From Rhynchobatus australiae (Eukaryota), in NCBI GenBank assembly GCA_034780895.1, contig JAUZTB010000033.1:25331010-25395009 (forward strand): a stretch of 64,000 nucleotides of DNA. The letters are read 5' to 3'. Position numbers and translations under genes: made by a program. The notes below the pieces were generated by a model. The model worked only from the letters and a program-made list of their open reading frames with translations, was not told the DNA's origin and did not search any database. Positions 1 through 51,670 of this stretch are shown here, in pieces. The first letter of the stretch is position 1. Each line of letters begins with the position of its first letter.

Positions 1-1099
1 GACATGGATGCATAAACTTCTGGTTCTGGGACATCTCCTACACATTTTCCCCAATCCGTCAGGTGAGGAATAGATATCAGGCAAGTCCCAGAAAATGCAG
101 TGTAATCCAGTGATCCATCTTGAATATAGCAGTCTAGAAACAACACATAAGCACTGCAATTTTGCTGATTATAACACCATCAGTAACTCCTAAACTATAG
201 TTCATCATCATCATTATAAATATTAGCTTTTTTTAAAAAAAAATTCCAGATAAACTTTTTCATTTGCCTTGGGTGCATTCAAACTCACCACCAGATCAAA
301 AGACCACACCTCTTGATATAGCACCATGCTACCTTAACCTGTACTTCTCTGATATTATGGATATAATACACAAAAAGTTCTTCTTGTGATAAACCTACAT
401 CAGTATTGAAAAGAATATTTGACTACATTAAAAACATGTTATTGCAGATCAGTATCTCATGACTCTAAGTGTCCTGAGATCGAGGTTCCAAAGAAAACAC
501 AAGAATCCACAAATGTGGCAACAAGTATCAACACTACAGGAACATTTCTCCTATTAATAATCATCAATCCAAAGATAAAGAATGCTAACTGTCACAGCAG
601 AGCACTAGTGAGTTGACTAGAAATGATATTTGCTTCAAATGAGGGCATCATGGTCACTGCAACAGAATCTAATCATACTTCAGCAATGCTACCAAAGATT
701 TTAAAATCCATTCAGCCCAATCACTTCTTCAGGGCACTCATTAACTCAATTATTTTTAAACAAAGTACCTTACTAAAGCTCAAAAACATCATTCAGTCAA
801 AGAACATTTTAAAACCAAGAAACAAAAATGAAGAGTTTTCTCTTAATGCCATGGGTATGGTCTGAATTCACATGGAATCCAAAGTATCTTCTGGCACACA
901 AGACTGAAGGCTCACCAAACAATGCAGGCTAAAGATAATGACAAGCCCTACTCCTCTCCCATCCCTCCACCCTGCCAATAGATCCAAGCTGACAATTATT
1001 TAACTTCACCTCAACACAAAATATACTTCCAGTAATCTCACTTCTCAATGTTATCAACAATTAGAATCAACCTTTAAAATGGTAATGAATAGCAGCGAG

Positions 1100-1485
1100 G
1101 TGGATAATTGAAGCAGCTGGAATCAGGAAGCCCAGGGTCATCTCTGCAGATTAAACAGTTCACACAAAGCAGGTCACCCGATCTGCATCTGCTTTTCCCA
1201 ATTCAGAGAAGAACCTATTTTGAGCACCAAATGCAATGTACTAGATTGGAAGAAGCACAAACTGGTCAATACTTCAGCTAGAAGTATTGTTTGGTCCCTG
1301 GATGATGAGAAGGGAAGAGGTAAAATTGTAAGTGTTGTATCTCAAGCAATTGCATGCAAAAGTGCTGTGAGAAAGGGAATGGGTGATGCAGACTGAAGGA
1401 CACACTAGGGAGTTGAAGGGTATGAGTCCTTCAGAATTCAGTTTGTTTCTCTTTCCACAGATGCTCCCTGATCTGCTGAGTTAGG
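1100..1485 (-). mobile_element. Degenerate Penelope-like element, GIY-YIG endonuclease fragment plus terminal-repeat piece
   Basis: Minus strand reads CASSNLVHCIWCSK*VLL*IGKSRCRSGD, matching the PLE motif CTSSNLVYCIxCxxCxLLYIGETKRRLGD; the ccacagatgc...ctgctgagt repeat arm follows at 1440-1482. Confidence 0.65.
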
Positions 1486-1889
1486 TCAGGGAGAATTAGA
1501 TAATTTTTGCCAAAATTCTAGGCTACATTAATTAGTGTGGATCTGATGGGCAGTAATTGTTGCAATAGGGCACCTTGGAGCAAATGACAGAGAACTCTTC
1601 CACTCGCCATTCAAATTACCTTATTTAATGACTTACCTTACTTATCGCAATGGAATCTTTTTCTGCAATGAGTTTTTTTTTCTGTTTTTTGATTGCTTTC
1701 AGTTTCTTTTGTGGTGCTTGATAGCTGCTTTGTAAATGTGTTCATGGGATAGGAATGAGATGGGCAGTCAGCTTTATTGTTCATTTCTGATTACAGTGTG
1801 GATATGGACTCTCTTCCTGAATTGTTGCATTGTTGATCTGTCAGAGTTAATTAGGAAATCAGGTATCTGATTCTGTTAGGGACACCAGA

Positions 1890-2070
1890 GACTGCAGATG
1901 CTGGAGTCTGGAGCAATAAACACTGCTGGAGGAACTCAGCAGATCAAGCAGCATTTATGAAGACAAAAGGATAACTGATGTTTCAGGTTGAGACAAACAT
2001 TGACTACCTCTTTGTCTCCACAGATGCTGCCTGACCCACTGAGTTTCAACCAGCAGTGTGCTTTTTGCAT
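1890..2070. mobile_element. Penelope-derived fold-back (inverted repeat) element
   Basis: Arm cactgctggaggaactcagcagatcaagcagcattt is inverted to agatgctgcctgacccactgagtttcaaccagcagtg. Confidence 0.7.
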
Positions 2071-2257
2071 CTGTTTCTGCTATAAGTTAGAGTACCCATG
2101 CTGNNNNNNNNNNNNNNNNNNNNNNNNNNNNNNNNNNNNNNNNNNNNNNNNNNNNNNNNNNNNNNNNNNNNNNNNNNNNNNNNNNNNNNNNNNNNNNNNN
2201 NNNCCTAGGAAGTAAATAAATTGAATACAATAATTTGAACACTTCTGCAGAGGATTA

Positions 2258-42698
<40,441 letters not shown>

Positions 42699-43159
42699 TT
42701 TTACCGATAAGGTATCGGAAAGAATGAAATTGCGATTATAACCGGCGGGGAAAACCTAATGGAAACAAATTCCCTTCGCTCCTACGCCAGCAGCGTCAAA
42801 AAACTCAAAGCAGAAAGACAAAAAGATATTTAAAAACCTTATTTCAATAACCCCCACCGAACAAAACACCCTGCTATGCTGGGAGAAGATGATTAAAATA
42901 TTTTAAAATTATTCAATTATATCAGAAATTGCCAGAATGCCAAAAATATAATTTTAAAATATATGCAAAATTAACCGTAAACGTCAGCAGAGAAAAATAT
43001 CTACAGCTCTTGAAAGGATCAGAGGTTCTGTTCACTAATCACTGCAAAATCGGAATGATATTATTCATCCCTCTGAGCACGATCCTCTGTATGCGCAACC
43101 TGACCAGATACGGAGGAATAAAACGCCTTCGTGATGTGTTTGGAGCAATGGTGATAAAG

Positions 43160-43245
43160 AATATGATTGGAAATTCAGTTCGCCCCGCCCCTACACCAGC
43201 CAATGGATGGAGACCTTTAAAGTTAATGACGCCCTCACTTCAGCA
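43160..43245. promoter_or_regulatory. CHKA proximal promoter (CCAAT / GC box / CCAAT / half-CRE)
   Basis: ATTGG 43166-43170, CGCCCCGCCCC 43181-43191, CCAAT 43200-43204 and TGACG 43227-43231, about 470-530 bp upstream of the ATG. Confidence 0.7.
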
Positions 43246-43544
43246 GAGCGGTGTGGTTAGCATATGTCTGTTGCTTTTATTATGTACTTCAATTATTCTT
43301 TGTTCGGTTCTTCTGTCAATCACGTTTTATTGAAAGAGCTGTTTGAAGATGCAGCTGCTTGAGTGCTCTTTCCCAACCCAAGGGCTAAAAACTCGAATTT
43401 CTACCTGAGGGGGTTTCCAGACCAATAAAAACTACAATTAGAAATTTGGACGTAAAAAAACATCATACCGGTAAGCATTCATGAAGCGAAAGGGCACTCT
43501 TATAACACAAGCTAGAGTGGAATTTTGACAAAATGAGAATTAAA

Positions 43545-44335
43545 AGAACTGCAGATGCTGGAAATTTGAAATAAAAAGATACTTTGGGAATATTTGACCT
43601 GAAGGAACTGGGAAAGNNNNNNNNNNNNNNNNNNNNNNNNNNNNNNNNNNNNNNNNNNNNNNNNNNNNNNNNNNNNNNNNNNNNNNNNNNNNNNGATCTC
43701 GACCAGAAGCGTTGACTGTCCATGTCCCTCCATAGATGCTACAGCTGGTTTGGAGGAAAGAGAAAGAAATATAGTTTTATGTTGCAGGGAGGCATGGAAA
43801 AGACAAAAGGAATATCTCTGCTAGGGTGAGGCCAGGGTTATGTGGGGATAAATTGTAGAGGTAATCTGATTGATGGATTAATGAGGGCATGTAGAGAAAG
43901 AGAAAATGAACAAAAGTCAACTAATGAGGACAGTCAGAAGGTGAGAATGCAAACCCAAAAACGTTGCAAAATGCAGCACTGTAGGACATGCCCAGCAGTT
44001 CAGCCTATGATAATGGAGAGCAAAAAACAGAGCTACTATCACGGATGGAGAGTTTACAATAGGAATGACTTGTTTTGATGCCAAGAGAGAAAGCAAGTTA
44101 GTTGAAGTTAATGAATTTGATATTGAGTTTGGAAGGCACAACCTGCCTAGACACAAAATGAGGTGTTGGACCCTAAGCCTAAATCGGGTCCAATTGTAAC
44201 AGTGCAGGAGGCCACAGGCAGATAGAATAGAAGTTGTACAGAGAATTAAAGAGGCAAACAACAGGAATCTCTGAGGACTGAACACAGGTGCTCTGTGAAG
44301 CAATCACCAATCTGTGTTTGGTTTCTCTTCTACAT
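43545..44335 (-). mobile_element. Penelope-like element 3' part (GIY-YIG C-terminus plus terminal repeat)
   Basis: Minus strand gives ETKHRL...GLLHCYN..RFRLRVQHLILCLG and, after a frameshift, LNIKFINF; repeat arm gcagatgctggaaatttgaa at 43551; partial hammerhead half gatctcgaccagaagcgttgac at 43695. Confidence 0.75.
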
Positions 44336-44630
44336 TTGTAACAAAGATTGTTATTATGTGCATAATTATGATGTCCTTCAAAATCTTAACTGCATAAGAA
44401 AGTATCTGTGGGTGAATATGACCTTGTGTAACAGTGATGAGACAAAAACATACTTGAAGGGAGTATCAAAGATGAAAGCATGCTGGTGATTACCTCTGAT
44501 CCTCCTTTGCTGTCATCCCTATAACACATGTAGCCATAGCAGCATGAATTAATTTGCTAAGAGTTTCATCTATGCAATTATGAATAAGAGATTCACTGCA
44601 GTTTTTTTTCCATTCACGGGAACTTATTTC

Positions 44631-45665
44631 AGAAGTCATAAGGTCGTACAGCACAGAACTAGTCCTTTAGCTTACACGTTCACATCAACTGTTACACCCA
44701 TCGATACTAATCCCATTTATCCATATTAAGTCCATAGCATTCTTTGCCTTGGCACTTCAAGTTCTTGTCGAGGTGCTTCTTAAAGATTGTGAGGGTATCT
44801 GTCTCCACCGCTTCTTCAAGCCACACTCTGTGCAAAAAAAAAATTCCTCTTATAACCTCTTTAAACCCCCCACCTCTCACCTTAAAGTTATGCTATCTTA
44901 GACATCCACACCATGGGAAAATATTCTAACTGTTTAACCTATCTATTCCACTCATTACTTTGTAAACCCCTTTCAGGTTACCGCTCAGCCTCCTCCACTC
45001 CCGGGAAAACAACCTGACCTATCCAATCTTCCCTTATGAATGAAGTGCTCCAATCCATGCAACATCCTGGTGAATCTCCATCTTCACTCTCTCCAGCACA
45101 ATTGCATCCTTCCTATAGTGTGGCAACTGAAATGCACACAATACTCAAAGTGTTGTCTAACCAATGCTTTATAAATGATGTAACATGATGTCCCAGTGCT
45201 TATATTCTATGCCACAGCTGATGAAAGCAAGCATCCCATCTGTCTTCTTTGCCACACACCATATGTGGGATTTGGACTTGTACTTCAAGGTCCCTTTGTC
45301 TTCAGCACTTTCTAGGGCATTCCTGCATTTACTGTGTACATCCCTTACCCTTGTTTGCTGTCCCAAAATGCATCACCTTACACTTGTTAGGATTAAATTC
45401 CATCTGCCACAGCTCACTCCTACTTTCCAACTGATCTATATCGTTTTAGCCTCAGATAACCCTCCTCAATAGCCACAACACCACCAATTTTTGTGTATTT
45501 GCAAACTTTCTAAAGATACCTCCTACATTCACATCCAGATTGTGAATGTCACAAACATCTAAGGCCTCAGCATTGACCCGTGTGGTACACTGTTGGTCAT
45601 AGACTTCTAAGAGAAAAACAACCCTTCACTGCCACCCTCTGCCTCTTATTAGTAAATAAGTTTTG
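44631..45665 (-). mobile_element. CR1 LINE (HER1-like) 3' fragment
   Basis: Reverse complement of CR1 motifs (aaattccatctgcca = WQMEF; GMLAFISCGIEYK). Confidence 0.88.
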
Positions 45666-46014
45666 GACCTTGTTTTGTTCTATGGATTATATTATGAGGA
45701 GTTACCCTCACTTTTGTTAAGTTAGCTCCTTAATAAGCTTTATATAAATTGTCATATGAACGGTGAATGTGTTGTTCAGTATTCTTTGGAACAAATTACA
45801 TTTGGTGCACTTTCTTNNNNNNNNNNNNNNNNNNNNNNNNNNNNNNNNNNNNNNNNNNNNNNNNNNNNNNNNNNNNNNNNNNNNNNNNNNNNNNNNNNNN
45901 NNNNNNNNNNNNNNNNATCAATCATGCCTTTAGCTACAACACATTGTGGAGGAATTAGTATGGAAATCTTTTTGTACTCTGATGCAAGGGATGAAATGAG
46001 TGTTGTTTTTCATT

Positions 46015-48235
46015 TTTCAGGATCTTGCATTGCTGGCATGCCCAGTACTCATTATCCTTGGACAAGTGGGTGGTAAACTGTGTTCTTGAAACACTGCATT
46101 CCCTGATGAAGGTACTCCCACTGTGCTGTTGGATGAGCGCTTCCAGGAGTTAAACCCAGCAACAATGCAATGTGCAGTACTTTCATACAAGGATGGAATG
46201 TGTCTTGGAGGGGAACATGCAGATGATAGTGTTTCCATACTCTCAAAACCCTTGTCCCTCTGTGGTGGTAGAGATCAGATTAGCCTAGGCAAGCAACTGC
46301 AGCCACAGTGAGTTGATAGTGGAGGGAATAAATATTTAGGATAGTGGATGGGATACCAATTAATTGGGCTGCCTTGTCATTGATTCATACAATGTAGATA
46401 CGGACCCTTGGGGCCAATCAAACATCCATCTACACTAGGGGCAGTTTGCAACAGCAAATTAACATACCAACCAGCATGTCTTTGAAACCAGTGCACCTAT
46501 GGGAAACATTTGCAGGCACAGGAAGAATATACAAATTCCACATAGACAGCACTCAGGGTCAGGATCAAGCTCTACGCTACCAGGAATCTACTTAGGACGC
46601 TCCTAAACCCCTGTGGAAGTTCACACTCTTGCCAGTGGTCCCTCGATGTGGTTTCAACTCTAGCAGCAATTGAAAAGAGGAAGAGCCACACACATGTGGT
46701 ATTCTTTATAGTGCTGGAGAACTGGGTGGACCTAGCTCAGGTAATTCAACAGGTCCATTAGGTCATGGCCAGGTACAAAAGGTATGCATGGGAACCAGTG
46801 GTCAGGAGTGTGTGCTAATGAGGGGGTGGAGCCAGACCTTGATTGACAGTGGTGTTGCTTTCAACCAGTACTCAATGGTGTCACATGACACCATGACCTT
46901 TCACATTACATGGTGCAATGTCGCTTTCTGCATGCTGGTGTGGACTGCTTAGTTTCTCAGGAGTTACAAATAGAATTGAATATTTTGATCATCAATGATT
47001 ATTCTCAATTTTGAGCTTATGCTGGAAGTAGGATTGCTGATGAAGCACCTGAAGGTGGCTGGGTCTAGAACACTGCCTTGAGGAACTTCAATGACGACCT
47101 GGGTTTGGGATGATTGACATCCATTAACCATCACCGTTTCCTTTGTGCAAGGTATAAATCCAGTCAATGTTTTCCTCTTNNNNNNNNNNNNNNNNNNNNN
47201 NNNNNNNNNNNNNNNNNNNNNNNNNNNNNNNNNNNNNNNNNNNNNNNNNNNNNNNNNNNNNNNNNNNNNNNNNNNNNNNACACAAAATCAACTGACTCAT
47301 GAGAAATAATAACAATAAAAACTATGTTGTAAAAACCCACCTGGTTCACCAACATCTCTCAGGAGAGAAAATCTTACTTGATCTGGCCTATACTTAACTC
47401 CTGGCCTACCTCTGCAGTTGACTCTTAAATGGACTGGAAGCCATTTAGTTATACCATGTCACTAAATTTGGACTGCAGTAGTTCATATAAGTGATTCACT
47501 ATTCCATCCTCAAGAAGAATTATGTACAGACAAACATTGACTTGCCAATAATGCCCGGATCCCACTCAATCAATAGATAAATAAGCAAGCGAGTTGCTCA
47601 ATAATCTAACACTATTTACATGAGAAATGGCAGGAGTACTGAGCTTTCACCTATTCTTTATGAGATCATTTAGTTCTGCCTGTTACATGCTTTTCATTGT
47701 TTAGAGTACGTGTAGTTCTGCACTGAAGCTATGCCAGGTTGGCACCTAACTTTTAGATGTGCCCACTGCCGCTCCTGGTATGCTCCTCTGCACTCCTCTC
47801 TGAACCAAAGTTGACTCCCTGGTTTGATAGTACTGATATGGTGAGGGATATGACGGTCGTATGGTTACAGATTGTGATGGTGTACATTTCTGTTGCTGCT
47901 GATGGTGCAAACTATCTCTTGAATGCCCAGTTTTGAGCTCTAGGATCTGTCCTGAGTCCATCCAATTTAGTCTGATTGTTGTGCCATATGATACAATGGA
48001 AGGTAGCCTAGTGTGAAGTTGGGACTTTGTCTCCACAAGAGCTGTACAGTGGTCACTTCTACAAATGCTATCATGGACAGATACCTCTGCCACAAGTAAG
48101 TTGGTGAGGATGAGTTCGGGTGGGTGTATTGGTTGTTTTGGTTCACTCACTAACTCATGCAGATCCAACTGGGCAGCAGTGTCCTTCAGGACTCAGCCAC
48201 TCAGTCACCAGCAGTGCTAACAAGCTACTCCTCAA
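46015..48235 (-). mobile_element. Fragmented second CR1-family element(s) with nested SINE and other inserts
   Basis: Minus-strand VPQGSVLDP at about 47070 and endonuclease C-terminal motif VHDSICRSDHCTALVETK at about 48050; 3' fragment at 46015-46380. Confidence 0.6.
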
Positions 48236-48779
48236 AATTCTTTGTCTCATTGTATAAACCTCCTTCACAACTGATGCTGTTTTTGTCAGACTACTATTTG
48301 TACAGGTGATAGATTTCAAGAGTGTAATCATAGGTTGGGTTGAGAACATAGTTCTATAGTCTCTCACTCTTATGATTAATCTTCTAAATGCTGTTAATTG
48401 AATATTGCAGCTGTAGGTTAGTTATTGCAAAATCATAAATAGTTTTTTTTAAATTATATGTTACTTCATAGTATGTACCGAGTCAAGGAGAATTTCCTTG
48501 TATTAGAACATAATTGTTACTTTGTCAACATCATTAATGTTAATCCACTTTTGTAAATTATGTCACTATAGTGGAGAATATGTGTAGCTTTTGATTTCCA
48601 AGAAACAAATTATCATGTATGGTAGTTTTTTTGAATCCTTTAAATCAGTGGCTTTCCTTCTGATCCCCGAAAACTTCTCTAAGGCTCAAGTTAAGAAGTG
48701 TGGAATATGCACTACTTGCCTGGAACGGTGCAGCTGTTTCAGTAACAGTAATTATTGGAATTATAACTCACATATTGCA

Positions 48780-48960
48780 AGATGGTTCCGATTGTTGGGG
48801 GTCAATTTTCCCAGATCCGCAGCATCACTGCAGGAGTTCCTCATGGCAATGCCCTAGGCCCAACTATCTTTAGCTGCTTCATCAATGATACTCCTTCCAT
48901 CATAAGGCCAGAAGTGGGGATGTGTGCTGATGATTACACAATGTTCAATTCCTTCGCAAC
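48780..48960 (+). mobile_element. CR1 RT fragment
   Basis: ITAGVPHGNALGPTIFSCFINDTPSIIRPEVGMCADD. Confidence 0.8.
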
Positions 48961-48984
48961 CACAGAAACAGATAATTTGCTATC

Positions 48985-50230
48985 TGACTCATGCACAGGG
49001 ACACTCAGGTTTCACTGTACCTCCCCTTTTCTAACTTCATGCCATTCAGATAATAATTTGCTTTCCTGTTTGAGCCACTGAAGTGGATAACCTCACAGTT
49101 ATCCACATTTTACTACATCTGCCATGTATCTGCCCAGTCCCTTAACATCACCCTACAGCATCTTTGCCGCCTACATTCTCACCCATCATTGTATTGTCTT
49201 CTAATTTGGCAATATTGTACTTAACTCTTTTATCAAAATCATTAATATACATTATGAATGGCTGGGGTCCATTCACTGAACCATGCAGTACACCACTAGT
49301 CACTGCCTGTGACTTGGAAGAGGACCCATTTATTCCTACACTTTATTTCTTGTCTGCCAATCAGCTCTCTATCCATAAAAATACTTTATCCCCAATTGCA
49401 TGTGCTTTAATTTTTGCACACTAGTCTCTTATGTAGGACTGTCAAAAGCCTCTTGAATGCCAGATATATCACATCCAGTAGTTCTCCCCCATCTGCTCTA
49501 CTGATTACATCCTCAAAACATTCCAGTAAATTTGTCAAGTATGATCTCCTTACCTAAATCCATACTGATGTTCTCTGATTCCATCAATGTTTTCCAAATC
49601 ATCTCCTATTAAATCTTTAATAATGGACTCTCAGCATGCTCCCCACTTCCTTATGACAAACCAATCAGAATATAATTCCCTATTTTCTCTCTCCCTTCAT
49701 TTTTAATTTTCTCTCTCCCTTCATTTTTAAATTCTGTGGTTACATTAGCTATGGTCCAATCCACAGGAACCAGAGTCTAAACAATGTTGGAAAATGACTA
49801 CTAATGCATCCACTATTTCTAAGGCCATTTTCTTAAATTTTCCATAAAGCAAGTTATTGAGTCCTGGGGCTTTATCAAACTTCAATCCCATCAGTTTTTC
49901 AACACCACTTCCCTATTAATACTGATTTCCTTCAGTTCCCCTTCTCATGAGATTCTAGGTTTCTGAACATTTCTGAGTGAAAACTGGCCCAAAGTATTTG
50001 TTCAAATGGTCTGCCACTTCTTTGTTCCTCATTATAAAATTCCCACTTCTGACAGCAAGACATCTACATTCGATTTCACTAATCTCTTTCTCTTCCTCTT
50101 TCTTTTCTCTTATTTTTATGTTCCCTGCAAGCAGACTCCACACTATATTTTATTCTCTTAAGTAATCCCTTGGTCCTTCTTTGTTGCATTCTGCACTGAT
50201 TGCAGCCCTCAGGTTTGCTGCTTTTCCAGG
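48985..50230 (-). mobile_element. CR1 LINE fragment (tether plus RT region)
   Basis: Minus strand MRNKEVADHLNKYFGPVFT, KAPG, TSGVLHGSV and WADTWQM motifs. Confidence 0.8.
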
Positions 50231-50859
50231 TTATTTTATTTGTCTTTTCCCCACATTTCCCAGTATTCTCAACACTTAAAGAGTTGGCATCACCCAGAGT
50301 AGAGCAGCTTCCTTTATCTGTGCTCCTGCGATTAGGATCCACCGGCACCTCTTCCATTACTGTCCTACCATGCCTGTAATGTGTGCAATCTTCAGTATTC
50401 ACTTCATCAGCTCAGAAAATGTACCTCAGAGCACCCGTGTAATTTGTTGTGTTTACTTCTGAGAAGGACTTGGCATTAATGGTGTGAAAGCAGCATCTAA
50501 TTCTTCTCTTAGTTACATATCAAGCAGACTTAAATATTTACTTTTCCTTCATTGACACTGATCTTCATTTATCACTACTGTTTGAAAGTAGGGCCTCAAT
50601 ACCAGGGATTTTGGTCTGGGAGATGATGTTGGATCACTTACCTTTCTAGTAAATTGGAGGATTTTGTGGAGACAAAAAGTTGGAGGTATTTTTCCCGTGT
50701 TTTGAGATACATGCTGTAGCTAGTCCAGGTCTCAGAAGTAGACTATGAGTTTTGTGTCAGGTCTGAAGTGCTAATCTTTGAATACTCTTTTCTTCAACTG
50801 AACATCAGCATCCTCTCCCAGGCCAACATCCTCAGCATTGAGCCCCCCCCCCCAGAAAA

Positions 50860-51415
50860 CACTGATTAGATGGCACTTGGAATATTGTTCGCAGTTCTGG
50901 TCACCACACAAAAGGAAGGGTATGGTTGCGCTGGAGAGAGTGCAGAGGGGATTTACCAAGATTTTGGCAGGATTTGGGGATTTTAGTTATGGGGAGTGAT
51001 TGAATAGGCAGGACTTGTTTTCCTTGGAGCGAAGGAGGCTGTGACCTGATAGAGATATATAAAATTGTAAGAGGCATTGGTAAGGTAGATAGTCAGAATC
51101 TTTTTCCCATGGTGGGGGCATCAAAAACAATAGGGCATAGTCTTAAGGTAAGAGGAATAAATTTTAAAGGGGATTTGAGAGGAAAGTTTTTATTAACACA
51201 GAGAGTGGTTGATATCTGGAACTCACTGCAAGAACAGGTGGTGGAATTAGATACAACCACTATATTTAAGAGACATTTTAGATGTAATTTGAATAGGCAA
51301 GACATCGAAAGATAGAACCAATTGCAGGCAAAGAAGATTAGGGTAGATGGGAAAAAAATAGCATGGACATGGTCGGACAAAGGGCCTGTTTCTGTGCTGT
51401 ACAAGTCCATGACTA
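50860..51415 (+). mobile_element. CR1 LINE (HER1-like) 3' end
   Basis: HLEYCSQFWSP, LERVQRGFT and GHSLKVRG...TQRVVDIWNSL motifs; tail gggcctgtttctgtgctgtac. Confidence 0.9.
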
Positions 51416-51439
51416 TTTGCACTCAGTCAGCAATGTTGG

Positions 51440-51670
51440 ATGGAGCATACCACTCACATTCCCAACATGAGACTCCTGAGGCAGACACTCTATTCCAAGC
51501 TGTATCATTATGAAAAAAATTACCAATTTGACAGAGAAAATAATTCTGAGATTAGTTCAAAGTTTCCTTGAAGAAATGCAGTATCCCTACTGACTCCTGG
51601 CAACTTCTGATCTATGACCACTCAGAGTGGCAAGGGAGCAATCAAGGTGGTATTGAGATGAAGAGCATTG
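51440..51670 (+). mobile_element. RTE-clade LINE fragment
   Basis: RLLRQTLYSKL...KVSLKKCSIPTDSWQLLIYDHSEW resembles the RTE/BovB C-terminal region. Confidence 0.65.

Noticed and set aside
1-133. Open minus-strand frames after an acceptor-like ttctag, considered as CHKA exon 10
   Set aside because: No frame resembles LHFIxxYL...EVNR or later CHKA exons; exons 10-12 are presumably outside the window
1625-1740. Strong donor AAG|gtaagt with a Lys-rich open frame on the minus strand
   Set aside because: Low-complexity A-run, no good acceptor and no CHKA similarity
42929-43333. 134-aa plus-strand ORF over the promoter
   Set aside because: Non-ATG start, no recognisable domain, and overlaps the CHKA 5' UTR and promoter motifs
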